Of a stretch of DNA of 64,000 nucleotides, positions 7,264 through 16,395 are shown one piece after another. The stretch's first letter is position 1; each line of letters starts with the position of its first letter. The notes beneath the pieces are model-generated. The model saw nothing but the letters and a program-made list of their open reading frames with translations, was not told the DNA's origin and made no database searches. The DNA is taken from positions 24,710 to 88,709 of the forward strand of contig JBPOIL010000005.1 of the NCBI GenBank assembly GCA_052034495.1, read 5' to 3'. Source of the stretch: Patescibacteria group bacterium (lineage in GTDB: Bacteria > Patescibacteriota > Saccharimonadia > CAILAD01 > JADZBC01). The translations under genes were made by a program, and so were the position numbers.

Positions 7264-9099
7264 TTAGCGCTTCTGATTCTGTCGCTTGCGCATGTTGTGG
7301 TCCAACTCACGCTTACGGAGTCGAAGGCTCTTTGGTGTGACCTCTAGAAGCTCGTCGTTTTCGATGAAGTCGATGCATTCTTCTAAGCTGAAGACGACTG
7401 GCGGAGTTAACTGCACCACGCCATCACTCGAGCTTGAGCGCATGTTGGTAAGGTGCTTTTCCTTACATACATTGATTTCCATGTCGTCAGAACGAGCGTT
7501 CAGGCCAATAATCTGCCCGGCATACACCTTCTCCCCTGGTCCAACAAAACAGGTGCCGCGTTGCTCGACAGTCTGAAGGGCATATGGAGTTGTAGTACCG
7601 GCCTCGAAAGCAATGAGCACGCCACTACGAAGCTGCTGCATAGCAGGGCCTAGTGGCTGGTAGCCAATCATGAGGCTGTTCATAATCACGGTACCTTTTG
7701 TGTTGGTAAGTAGAATGTTACGCAAACCAAGCAAAACGCGAGTTGGCAATTCATAAACAAGTTTCGTAACACCTTTAGGGCTCGCAAACTGCTCCTTAAG
7801 CGTCGCGCGACGAGCGCCAAGTTCCATCTGTACCGCACCTACATGCTCGGCGGGGACTTCAATAATCAGCTCTTCGAGTGGCTCCATGGTCTTGCCGTCT
7901 TCTTCCTTGGTCACAACCTGTGGTCGACCTACCTCGAGCTCGAAGCCTTCTCGGCGAAGCGTTTCAATTAATACACTTAGGTGGAGCTCGCCACGGCCAG
8001 AGACCAAGAACCCAAGTCCACCGTCTTCAACACGCAAACCGATGTTTGTTTCAAGCTCTTTGTGTAGGCGCTCATCTATCTGTCGACTGGTTGTAAACTC
8101 ACCCTCTAGGCCCTTAAGTGGACTTGTGTTTGGACCAATGTAGATCTTGAGTGTTGGTGCTTCTACTTCGAGTACCGGCAGTGCCTCTGGCTTTTCGGCG
8201 TCAGCGATTGTTTCGCCAATCTGCACAGCGCTAATTCCCGTGAGCTGTACGATGTCGCCAGCGATTCCACCAGGGACTTCAAACTTACTGACTCCGTGGC
8301 TCATGAATACTGCTTCCACGCGTGCCTTGGAGATTTTGCCGTCTTTTTGGCAAAGCGCAACGGTGTCTCCTGGCTTCACAGATCCGCGGTTAATGCGACC
8401 AACAGCGTACTTGCCCTTATAGGTATCGTGGGCTAAGGCTGTTACGAGCATCTGGAATGGCGCATCGAGCTCTACGTCTGGAGCAGGTACGTCACTAATA
8501 ATTGCGTCGAAGATGCATTCTAGGTCCCCTCCTGCACTCGGGTCACTTGGCGCGTCCTTCCAGGCTTTTCCTTCGCGTCCAATTGCGTAGTAGACAGGAT
8601 AATGAAGCTGATCTTCGTGCACGGCGAGCTCTAGGAACAGATCGGCCAGCTCTTCTTCTACTTCGGCGATTCGACTGCCTGGCTTATCAATCTTGTTAAT
8701 AACAACAATTGGCTTAAGACCGCCAGCAAGTGCTTTAGTAAGTACAAACTTGGTCTGCGGCATTGGGCCTTCCTGTGCATCCACAATCAGCAAACAGCCA
8801 TCGGCCATGTTGAGCGTACGCTCAACTTCGCCAGAAAAATCAGCGTGCCCCGGAGTATCAATAATGTTTACACGGTAGTCACCGTGTTGTACGGCAGTTA
8901 CTTTGGCGGTAATGGTAATGCCTCGTTCTTTTTCCTGGTCGCCACTGTCCATAATGAGGTCCTGAGCCATTTCGGCTTGGTTTTCACGGAATGTCTTAGA
9001 CTGTTTGAGCAATCCGTCTACTAGGGTAGTTTTACCATGGTCTACGTGGGCAATAATTGCGATGTTACGAATATTCTCTGTTTTTTGAGCAGCTTCCAT
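7264..9099 (-). CDS. typA: Translational GTPase TypA/BipA.
   Basis: The N-terminal G domain reads [19 protein letters not shown] and is followed by DTPGHADF. The length and domain order fit BipA. Confidence 0.9.
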   Translation of the reverse strand: MEAAQKTENIRNIAIIAHVDHGKTTLVDGLLKQSKTFRENQAEMAQDLIMDSGDQEKERGITITAKVTAVQHGDYRVNIIDTPGHADFSGEVERTLNMADGCLLIVDAQEGPMPQTKFVLTKALAGGLKPIVVINKIDKPGSRIAEVEEELADLFLELAVHEDQLHYPVYYAIGREGKAWKDAPSDPSAGGDLECIFDAIISDVPAPDVELDAPFQMLVTALAHDTYKGKYAVGRINRGSVKPGDTVALCQKDGKISKARVEAVFMSHGVSKFEVPGGIAGDIVQLTGISAVQIGETIADAEKPEALPVLEVEAPTLKIYIGPNTSPLKGLEGEFTTSRQIDERLHKELETNIGLRVEDGGLGFLVSGRGELHLSVLIETLRREGFELEVGRPQVVTKEEDGKTMEPLEELIIEVPAEHVGAVQMELGARRATLKEQFASPKGVTKLVYELPTRVLLGLRNILLTNTKGTVIMNSLMIGYQPLGPAMQQLRSGVLIAFEAGTTTPYALQTVEQRGTCFVGPGEKVYAGQIIGLNARSDDMEINVCKEKHLTNMRSSSSDGVVQLTPPVVFSLEECIDFIENDELLEVTPKSLRLRKRELDHNMRKRQNQKR

Positions 9100-9134
9100 A
9101 TGGTGCCTTTCTGAGTGATTATGTTAGATTTGAG

Positions 9135-9172
9135 CAAAATAAATGCGCCTACATTGACACACAATGTGGCGC
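9135..9172 (-). terminator. An 11-bp hairpin, gcgccacattg-loop-caatgtaggcgc, followed by ATTTATTTT on the minus strand. It is either the hisS terminator or an attenuator in the typA leader.
   Basis: It lies 35 nt downstream of the hisS stop and about 40 nt upstream of the typA start. A TATAAT at 9184..9189 (minus strand) sits between the hisS stop and the hairpin. Confidence 0.5.
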
Positions 9173-9206
9173 GTATCTTTCGCTCAATATTATAGCAGAT
9201 TCGAGG

Positions 9207-10526
9207 CTAGCTGTCAGCACTAAGGCGCTTGATGACTTCTTGGACGCCCATGACGGGCTGCTCGCCAGTTTCCATGTTCTTGAGCACTACTTGCCCACTT
9301 GCCAGCTCGTCTTCGCCGATCACGATGGCATATGGCACACCAAGTCGATCCACATAGCGCATCATCTTGCTTGGCTGCGACTGCTCCATGTAGGCTTCGA
9401 CTGCGATACCGGCGTTACGTAATTCGGTTGCAACTTCGAGCGCTCGTGCCGCTGCTTCAGTGGAAAGCGACAATACCACAGCTTTACTGAGCGTTCTAGC
9501 GCCAGAAGATACAATGCCAATTTCCTTGAGCTGCATGAACAGCCTCGTGAGGCCAATGGAAACGCCTACTCCAGGCAACTTGCTCTTCGTATAGAAACTA
9601 GCCAAGTCATCGTACCGACCGCCTGAGCACACGCTGCCCACGCCAGGAAAGTCATCGAGGCTCGTCTCGTACACAGTACCCGTATAGTAGTCCAAGCCGC
9701 GGGCGATCTTTAAATCAATCACGTAGTCCTCATCTGGCACACCGAGGCGGCGCATAGCAGCAATCACACCCTTAAGCTCCTCTAGCCCAGCTGTGTAGCG
9801 GGTATTCTGCGTATCTACTTGCTCGAGCTGCTCTAGCACTTCATCCACACTGCCTGCGGTGCCCAAGAACGCCAAGAGCTTCTTGGCTACCTGGTCTTCA
9901 ACGCCAAGCTTAGCTAGCTCCGACACAACTGCTGCTTCGCCAATCTTTTCGAGCTTATCGATTACACGTAATACTTCTGCCGAAATATGGTGCGCGCCAA
10001 TGCTCTCCAGGTAACCTTGCAGGATCTTGCGGTTATTAATGCGGATCGTAAAACTACCGATGTTGAGCTTGCGGAACACACTAGATATTACCGCTGGCAT
10101 TTCTGCGTCATATAGCACGCTGTTACTGCCAATTACGTCTATATCGCATTGGTAGAACTCCCTGTACCGACCAGCCTGGCTGCGCTCACCCCGCCACACC
10201 TTCTGCATTTGATATCGCTTAAATGGGAACACCAATTCGCCCTCGTGCTGCGCTACGTAGCGAGCCAGCGGCACGGTTAGGTCGAAGTGCAACGCCATGT
10301 CTTTGTCGTCTTTATCGCGAGCGATTTTGTATATCTGCTTTTCAGTTTCTCCGCCCGCTTTGGCAAGCAGGACCTCGCCGAGCTCAATAGCAGGCGTTTC
10401 TATCGGCGCATAGCCGTAGCTCTCGTATACGCCACGAATAGTATCGAACATCTTATTAAACTGGATTTGATCCTCGGGTAGTAGTTCTACAAAACCGCTG
10501 AGGATTCGTGGTGTAACGCGCGCCAT
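9207..10526 (-). CDS. hisS: Histidyl-tRNA synthetase.
   Basis: Class II motifs are present, and GGRYDDLASFY and the HisRS-specific pattern are recognisable. The 439-aa length fits. Confidence 0.9.
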   Translation of the reverse strand: MARVTPRILSGFVELLPEDQIQFNKMFDTIRGVYESYGYAPIETPAIELGEVLLAKAGGETEKQIYKIARDKDDKDMALHFDLTVPLARYVAQHEGELVFPFKRYQMQKVWRGERSQAGRYREFYQCDIDVIGSNSVLYDAEMPAVISSVFRKLNIGSFTIRINNRKILQGYLESIGAHHISAEVLRVIDKLEKIGEAAVVSELAKLGVEDQVAKKLLAFLGTAGSVDEVLEQLEQVDTQNTRYTAGLEELKGVIAAMRRLGVPDEDYVIDLKIARGLDYYTGTVYETSLDDFPGVGSVCSGGRYDDLASFYTKSKLPGVGVSIGLTRLFMQLKEIGIVSSGARTLSKAVVLSLSTEAAARALEVATELRNAGIAVEAYMEQSQPSKMMRYVDRLGVPYAIVIGEDELASGQVVLKNMETGEQPVMGVQEVIKRLSADS

Positions 10527-10588
10527 GTTGGCTCCTTTAGTTTGGCTTAAGTATACCGCATGTGTTTAGACTGAACAAAGTACCTACA

Positions 10589-10617
10589 TTGACTTTTATG
10601 GCTAAATATGCTATTAT
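10589..10617 (+). promoter_or_regulatory. Sigma70 promoter, TTGACT-17-TATTAT.
   Basis: The hexamers are at 10589..10594 and 10612..10617, upstream of the small membrane protein gene. Confidence 0.5.
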
Positions 10618-10660
10618 TTGCTACAGTCTCAACCTGGAGGCGCTTAGCAAGGAGGCCGCA

Positions 10661-11029
10661 ATGAGCGGAGGAAGCGTAGCAATGCTTACACTGTCGGCGA
10701 TGTGCATCATCATCGCTGGCTTCTTGGGTGCCAAGAGAGAGCGCGGCGGTGCAATCGCCCTTGGTGTGCTTGGAGCTGTGGTTCTGCTCTTCGCAATCGG
10801 GATTCACTTCACCGATCAGAGCCGAGCCGCCGAGGACGATCGAGTCACGTCAGAGATCGAAGTTCGGTACAAGGAAATCCATGTCGTCGAACTATCTGCG
10901 TGGAGCAAGACAGTTCGCTACACGCTCACCGACGAACGTAGCAAGGTCTGCGACGGTGAGCTCATCCACTACAACGGAGACTGGCTCATCCGGGACAACC
11001 CCGACTGTGCCGTGCTACCAACTGGCTAG
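10661..11029 (+). CDS. Small membrane protein of 122 aa with two TM helices and a soluble C-terminal domain containing two Cys. It is hypothetical and about 58% GC.
   Basis: The ATG at 10661 follows aaggagg by 7 nt. The ORF in the track starts further upstream at 10562. Hydrophobic helices are visible. Confidence 0.55.
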   Translation: MSGGSVAMLTLSAMCIIIAGFLGAKRERGGAIALGVLGAVVLLFAIGIHFTDQSRAAEDDRVTSEIEVRYKEIHVVELSAWSKTVRYTLTDERSKVCDGELIHYNGDWLIRDNPDCAVLPTG

Positions 11030-11063
11030 GTGTAACCCAGGCACCACCACCCGACCCCCGAAC

Positions 11064-11100
11064 GAAAAGGACCCCCGATTCGTTCGGGGGTCCTTTTCGT
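11064..11100. terminator. Strong bidirectional intrinsic terminator with a 13-bp stem, aaaaggacccccg/cgggggtcctttt, followed by TTTTCGTTTT.
   Basis: A perfect stem with a 7-nt loop, flanked by A-runs and T-runs on both sides. It sits between convergent genes. Confidence 0.8.
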
Positions 11101-11115
11101 TTTAGTGGCTTTGCT

Positions 11116-11373
11116 CTATTCTCCTACCGACAACGTACGCCCTAGTGCCAGAACGTCATCTACGCCGCCTAAGTTCTTTACCTCATAACCAGCCCGGCGC
11201 AGAATCTGCTCTGCTGCCGTAGCCCTACCGCCACTCCTGCAATAAATTTCGAGCGTTTGGCCGGCTGCATCAGCCGGCAGTTTAGAGGCCATACCCTCAG
11301 CTAGCTCCACGTTAACAGCCCCTTCTATATGAGCTTCTTCATATTCCTCTGGCGTGCGTACATCTATTAACAT
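11116..11373 (-). CDS. Single-domain rhodanese (sulfurtransferase).
   Basis: It carries the active-site loop CRSGGR, and the 85-aa rhodanese fold pattern starts with IDVRTPEEY. Confidence 0.8.
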   Translation of the reverse strand: MLIDVRTPEEYEEAHIEGAVNVELAEGMASKLPADAAGQTLEIYCRSGGRATAAEQILRRAGYEVKNLGGVDDVLALGRTLSVGE

Positions 11374-11382
11374 ACTTGTCTC

Positions 11383-12765
11383 CTATTCTGTCCTTAGTGC
11401 TTCAATTGGGTCAAGCTTGGCAGCCTTGCGAGATGGTAGCCATCCTGCCAAGATTGCCACGATCATCAGCGCGACCACGAGCTGCACGACCTCGAATGGC
11501 TTAAATATGAGTAGCGAGTTGCCCGTACCAAGGTCAAGCGACTTGGTAATCCAAGGGTTTAAGGCTACACCCAGTCCGACGGCCAGCAGCGAACCAACAA
11601 CCCCACCGATGAATCCGATCCATGCCGCTTCGAAGCGGAACAACCTGCCGATGTCACGCTTACGCATACCGAGCGCCTTCATAAGCCCAATCTCTCGCGT
11701 ACGCTGTAGCACACTAATGTACATAGTGTTCACGATGCCGAAAACCGAAGCGATAATGGCAATTGCCGCAAAGGCCGCCACAATCCCTTGTAGGATCGAT
11801 ATGATGCTGGTCAAGAACTCTTGGGCCTCCTTAACACTCTGTACGGCAAAGCCCTTCTCTTTAAGCTCATCCTGGGCGGCTTTGAGTGTAGCTTCGTTCT
11901 CCCCACCCTCGACCTTGGCAAAGACGTAGTTGTATTTGCGATAGTTGGCAGTTCCCTCGGTAGTAATGTCATTCAGCTCACGAGCTGTATCGGCATCGGC
12001 GTACAGGTAGAGTTCTGTGCCGGGCTGAGCAGTTGTTGGCTTCTTGGTCACAGCAGCCACCTTCAGGGTACGCTCCACGCTCGCTTGCTCACTCAATTTG
12101 GCCAAATCAGCTGGCGAACTCACGCTCGCTCCCAGACTGGCGATATCCGCTGCGCCTGCTGTGAGCGATTTAGTAACCGAGGCTGTTATGTCTTTACCAA
12201 TAGCATCCTGGGCATCCTTAAAGCCGAGTGCCTTAACGTAGCCTTCGGGCAGCAGGACAGCATCCTCGCCGACCACCCCGCCTTCGCCGATGCTACCAGC
12301 CAGCAATGTGGGCTTTTGTGCAGGGCTAAAGGCCGCTAGTGACGCCACATATTTCTTCTGATCAGGGCGGGTAATGTAACGCAAATTCACGGTGATGTCT
12401 TCGCGAACGTTAACGACACCATCCACGCTCTTAATTACTGCAATGTCTTCGTCGGTAACGCGCTTAATTTGTGTGGTAGCACCAGAATTCGACACCCCGG
12501 TACCGAAGCTTGGGTCGTATTCGCGAGGGTTCGTGTTGCTACCATTGCCGCCAAAAATCGACTTGTCTTTTGCCACAATCAGCTCTGCCGGATCGAAGTT
12601 CTCGGCAATAATCTTGTTCACAAACGCCGTTGCACCATTGCTTGCTGCCAAGGTAAGAGTAAGGGCGAATGTACCTACTGCAATCGCCGCAGCGGTCAGT
12701 AAAGTACGCGCTTTTGCATTTCTTAAGTTCCGTCCGGACCGAGCTATTTGATCGCGCAAAATCAC
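11383..12765 (-). CDS. ABC transporter permease of the FtsX/MacB-like family.
   Basis: An N-terminal TM helix is followed by a large periplasmic domain and a C-terminal FtsX-like 3-TM bundle. It overlaps the downstream ATPase gene by 4 nt. Confidence 0.8.
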   Translation of the reverse strand: MILRDQIARSGRNLRNAKARTLLTAAAIAVGTFALTLTLAASNGATAFVNKIIAENFDPAELIVAKDKSIFGGNGSNTNPREYDPSFGTGVSNSGATTQIKRVTDEDIAVIKSVDGVVNVREDITVNLRYITRPDQKKYVASLAAFSPAQKPTLLAGSIGEGGVVGEDAVLLPEGYVKALGFKDAQDAIGKDITASVTKSLTAGAADIASLGASVSSPADLAKLSEQASVERTLKVAAVTKKPTTAQPGTELYLYADADTARELNDITTEGTANYRKYNYVFAKVEGGENEATLKAAQDELKEKGFAVQSVKEAQEFLTSIISILQGIVAAFAAIAIIASVFGIVNTMYISVLQRTREIGLMKALGMRKRDIGRLFRFEAAWIGFIGGVVGSLLAVGLGVALNPWITKSLDLGTGNSLLIFKPFEVVQLVVALMIVAILAGWLPSRKAAKLDPIEALRTE

Positions 12766-13499
12766 TTGGCACCTACCTTTTTCTTAGCTGGCTTCTTGGC
12801 AGTTGTTGGCTTTTTGGCCATATCCAAGCCGATGGTTTTGCTGATTTCGCCGTCTTTCATGTGTATCTGGATGCCGCATCGCTCAGCTAGCTCTGGGTCA
12901 TGCGTAACGATTACTAATGTACAGCCCAGCTTTCGGTTGAGATCAAACAGAAGCTTAATAATAACGTCACCAGTGGTGCTGTCGAGGTTCCCCGTTGGCT
13001 CATCGGCAAAGATCAGCTTAGGCTTGTTTACAATAGCACGGGCTATGGCAAGTCTTTGCTTTTGGCCACCTGATAAGTTTGCAGCCAAGGAGTTGACCTT
13101 GTCGGCCAACCCAACTGCCTCGAGCGCTTCGAGTACATGCTTTCTACGATCACGTCGGCCGACCTTTGCAATCTCAAGGGGAAGCATAACATTTTGGTAG
13201 CACGTTTGGTTTGCCTCTACAAAGAACGCTTGGAATATAAAACTCATTTTATGAGACCGGAAAGTATCCATCTCCTTGGCTTTCATTTCCTGCAGGTTTT
13301 TGCCATCGATTACTACTCCGCCTTCGGTCGGGTGATCGAGTCCACTCATAATGTGCATGAGCGTAGATTTGCCCGATCCACTCTTGCCAATAATCGCGGT
13401 GGTGCTGCCCTCGGGAATATCAATGTGCACTTTATACAAGGCCGTAAAAGCGCTATCACCCTCCCCATATGTCTTACAAACATTCTTAACTTCAATCAT
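12762..13499 (-). CDS. ABC transporter ATP-binding protein, MacB/LolD-like, with a Lys-rich C-terminal tail.
   Basis: Walker A GKSGSGKST, the signature LSGGQKQRLAIARA and Walker B LIFADEPTGNLD are all present. Confidence 0.88.
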   Translation of the reverse strand: MIEVKNVCKTYGEGDSAFTALYKVHIDIPEGSTTAIIGKSGSGKSTLMHIMSGLDHPTEGGVVIDGKNLQEMKAKEMDTFRSHKMSFIFQAFFVEANQTCYQNVMLPLEIAKVGRRDRRKHVLEALEAVGLADKVNSLAANLSGGQKQRLAIARAIVNKPKLIFADEPTGNLDSTTGDVIIKLLFDLNRKLGCTLVIVTHDPELAERCGIQIHMKDGEISKTIGLDMAKKPTTAKKPAKKKVGAK

Positions 13500-13500
13500 A

Positions 13501-13743
13501 TCAATCTACCTTATTCTTACGCCCTTGCTTGATTCTCTGTTTCGTTTTCTCATAACGCTCTTTTGCGCTATTCAGAAGACCCTTAGCCCAAGCAAACTCA
13601 GTCGCCAGGATTGCAAGACCGAGAATTACAAAAATGAAACCCGGACCGGGTAATACAAAGAAGATTATGCCAACAAGCACTACGGTGGCGCCAATTAGGC
13701 CTATCGCAAACTTCTTTGTGTGCCGAAAAGCAAAATCAATCAT
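13501..13743 (-). CDS. Small membrane protein with a PGPGW-type motif.
   Basis: VLPGPGFIFVILGLAIL matches the PGPGW transmembrane motif. The protein has two TM helices. Confidence 0.6.
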   Translation of the reverse strand: MIDFAFRHTKKFAIGLIGATVVLVGIIFFVLPGPGFIFVILGLAILATEFAWAKGLLNSAKERYEKTKQRIKQGRKNKVD

Positions 13744-13806
13744 GAATCTATTATAACCTATCTTTGCTTAGTAATAGCTGAAGCACCTGGGTATTTGCTG
13801 AACGCT

Positions 13807-15603
13807 CTACAGCCCGCCGCCGCCGCCACCACCGCCGCCGCCGCCAGAGAAGCCACCACCGCCCGAGAAGCCACTCGAACCTGAGCTCGAAGGTGGACTA
13901 AAGCTGCTCGATGCGGTGTTTCCGAAGCCGTTTACGGCATGCGAAAACGCAACTGCGTTAAACGTACCGTTGCCGCTATACCAAGTTGGCGGCTGGGAAT
14001 AAAGCGCAGCGAATTGTTTGGCCCATTGCTTTTCTATCCCAAAGAGCATCGCGTACGGCAAGAGCTTTTCGTATAACTTAACTAACTGGCCCTTGTCATT
14101 CGGGTTAATGCTGGCTTTCTCGGCGCCTTCCGGGCTTTGCAATATCTTGATGCGATCTGCCTCTGCCATTTGCATATATAGCTTCATGCCCTTCAGGTGC
14201 TCTAAGCTCGTAACTCCCTTTGGCGTACGGGCTGGCATGCCCCAGCCAAAAGCACACACAATCAGCCCTGCTGCCAATATGCCGCCCGTTAAAAAGAACG
14301 TAAACGGTATGAACATAAGCACCGCTGCCGGAACCACCAGCAACATGCCTCTGGAAACATAATGTTTTCGGACCTTACTAGGATCCTCAACGAAGTAGCC
14401 CGAGCCAGCCGCAAGAGTGCCTAAATCTTCCCCGAGTTTCGCAACCTGGGAATAAAGTGTTTCCGACAAGTCATCCAGCGCAACCCTTTGGCCGACTTTA
14501 TGACCCTTAAAGATCATGCTGATAACTCTTCGCTCCTCCCCTCGGAGCTCAGAAAGGTCGGCTTTCACCTGCTCAATCTCGTACTTCTCCTCGCTTCCTA
14601 TAAGTTTTTTGTGCTTGACCTCATAGAGCCGCAAATACCCTCGAATGCACAAATCAATCATGGCGGCCGACACTGCATTCGGGCTCATCGCCTGGTCCAA
14701 AATCGTACTCGCCAGCATTGGGTGCATAGAATCCTCAGGGGAATATTGGGCGATAATTACGCCCTTGCCTCTCGGGTCGCGGCCATGTTTGCGCCATAGC
14801 CGCATCATCACTATCAGGGCAATCAATGGTGGCACAACAAAGACCACAAAACCACCGAGCAGGAATAAAGCGATGAGCCCTGCAGGTATCTTGTAAGCCG
14901 CAAAGGTATCCTTGGTAAACGCCAACGCAAAACTAAGGTTCTCTCCTGCTAACAGGGTTCTGCTGGCAGCAACACTAATTACCGTGTCGTCGCCCGACGC
15001 ACTACGGATAATCGTGCAGTCCTGCTGCTTAGACCCATAGGCGCCGGTGAAGCATTCCTGCTGTTGCTTCAGTTCCCCCGCCAAACTGTTTGGCACATGT
15101 ACGCGTGCAGCAACACTGCCGAACGGCTGCCGCCACTGATCACCATTTGTGTCCCAGTACCACTCGTCATAATCGCCGTAAAAAGTCATAACATCACGCA
15201 GGGTGTAAGTTATAACGTATGTCTGTTCGCCGCGCACGTACTCGTCGCTACGAATAAGGAGTTCTAGATTGCCATTCGCGCTAACAGTGGTATAGGGCCG
15301 ATCAGCACCCTGACCGTCAGTAATAGACTGCACTTGAAGATCCAAACTACGGCCTTTGTACGTTTTTGGTATCACGCGGCGTAGTCCACGGTTCTGGTCG
15401 TAATCTGGGAAGATTGGTACGAGCTTTTCAACCACCTTCACTTGTGCAACCTTTTGCTCATCGCGGGACAAGTAATAGTCTGCCTCAAAGCTCTTAAAGC
15501 TAAAGTCATCAACACCTGCCCGGGCGGGCTGTGGCAGCAGTGCAATAACAGCAGCCAGAACCAGCATACTAGCGCCAAAGACTGCCTGTACGAGCTTCTT
15601 CAT
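13807..15603 (-). CDS. DUF2207-like membrane protein with a Gly-rich C-terminal tail. The probable start is MKKLVQ at 15603; the ORF in the track extends to 15837.
   Basis: There is a signal peptide, a large extracellular domain and TM helices. The C-terminus, SSGSSGFSGGGGFSGGGGGGGGGGGL, is typical of the DUF2207 family. The longer N-terminal extension would overlap the divergent LOG gene. Confidence 0.6.
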   Translation of the reverse strand: MKKLVQAVFGASMLVLAAVIALLPQPARAGVDDFSFKSFEADYYLSRDEQKVAQVKVVEKLVPIFPDYDQNRGLRRVIPKTYKGRSLDLQVQSITDGQGADRPYTTVSANGNLELLIRSDEYVRGEQTYVITYTLRDVMTFYGDYDEWYWDTNGDQWRQPFGSVAARVHVPNSLAGELKQQQECFTGAYGSKQQDCTIIRSASGDDTVISVAASRTLLAGENLSFALAFTKDTFAAYKIPAGLIALFLLGGFVVFVVPPLIALIVMMRLWRKHGRDPRGKGVIIAQYSPEDSMHPMLASTILDQAMSPNAVSAAMIDLCIRGYLRLYEVKHKKLIGSEEKYEIEQVKADLSELRGEERRVISMIFKGHKVGQRVALDDLSETLYSQVAKLGEDLGTLAAGSGYFVEDPSKVRKHYVSRGMLLVVPAAVLMFIPFTFFLTGGILAAGLIVCAFGWGMPARTPKGVTSLEHLKGMKLYMQMAEADRIKILQSPEGAEKASINPNDKGQLVKLYEKLLPYAMLFGIEKQWAKQFAALYSQPPTWYSGNGTFNAVAFSHAVNGFGNTASSSFSPPSSSGSSGFSGGGGFSGGGGGGGGGGGL

Positions 15604-15643
15604 ACATAAATAGTACCACGGGCTATGGTAGAGCATAAGTATT

Positions 15644-16360
15644 TTGCCGTATACTAGACGCATGCAAAAACCATGGACGCTACAGGAAGTTCGGAATGTC
15701 TGCAAAGCGAATGGCACGGCCGACGACGCGCGGATGTGCGAGATTACGCAGGAGCTCAATGATGGGTTCAGCGTCGTTGAAAACATGAATAAGGTCGTGT
15801 CATTCTTTGGTTCTAAACAGATCAAGGAAGATGACAAGCTCTACCAAAAAGCGCAAAACCTAGCCGGCAGGCTCGTGTCGGAACAAGGTTATACCGTAGT
15901 GACGGGCGGAGGACCCGGCATAATGGAGGCTGCGAATAGAGGCGCGTTTGAAGCTGGAGGGAAATCCGTCGGCTTCACAATCGAGCTCGAAGCTCATCAT
16001 CAAAAGCCGAATCAATATCTGACCGACCAAGTTGATTTTCATTATTTCTTCGCACGCAAAGTCATGCTGGCCTTCGCGGCACGGCTCTACATCGTGTTCC
16101 CTGGCGGCTTCGGCACCATGGATGAATTCTTTGAGCTCGTTACCCTAAAGCAAGAGCATAAAATACCTCAGATCCCAATCGTTTGTGTTGGCTCACACTT
16201 TTGGCGGCCTATGGAGAGGGTGCTGCGCACCACCTTCCTCGAAGACTTCGGCACAATCGTCCCAAGCGATCTAGATATATTCCAAATCATCGACGATGAA
16301 GATGATATCTTGGAGCTCGCCACCTCCCTACCTAAGCGACACACTACCTCGGCCAAATAG
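15644..16360 (+). CDS. LOG-family protein (Rossmann-fold nucleotide-binding, TIGR00730-like).
   Basis: The motifs GGGPGIMEA and PGGFGTMDE are present. Confidence 0.8.
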   Translation: MPYTRRMQKPWTLQEVRNVCKANGTADDARMCEITQELNDGFSVVENMNKVVSFFGSKQIKEDDKLYQKAQNLAGRLVSEQGYTVVTGGGPGIMEAANRGAFEAGGKSVGFTIELEAHHQKPNQYLTDQVDFHYFFARKVMLAFAARLYIVFPGGFGTMDEFFELVTLKQEHKIPQIPIVCVGSHFWRPMERVLRTTFLEDFGTIVPSDLDIFQIIDDEDDILELATSLPKRHTTSAK

Positions 16361-16395
16361 CTTTGCTAATAACACCGATGCTACAATAGTAGTTC

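Noticed and set aside
15604-15837. An N-terminal extension of 78 aa on the DUF2207 ORF.
   Set aside because: It would overlap the divergent LOG gene. The internal Met at 15603 begins a canonical signal peptide, MKKLVQAVFGASMLVLAAVIALL.
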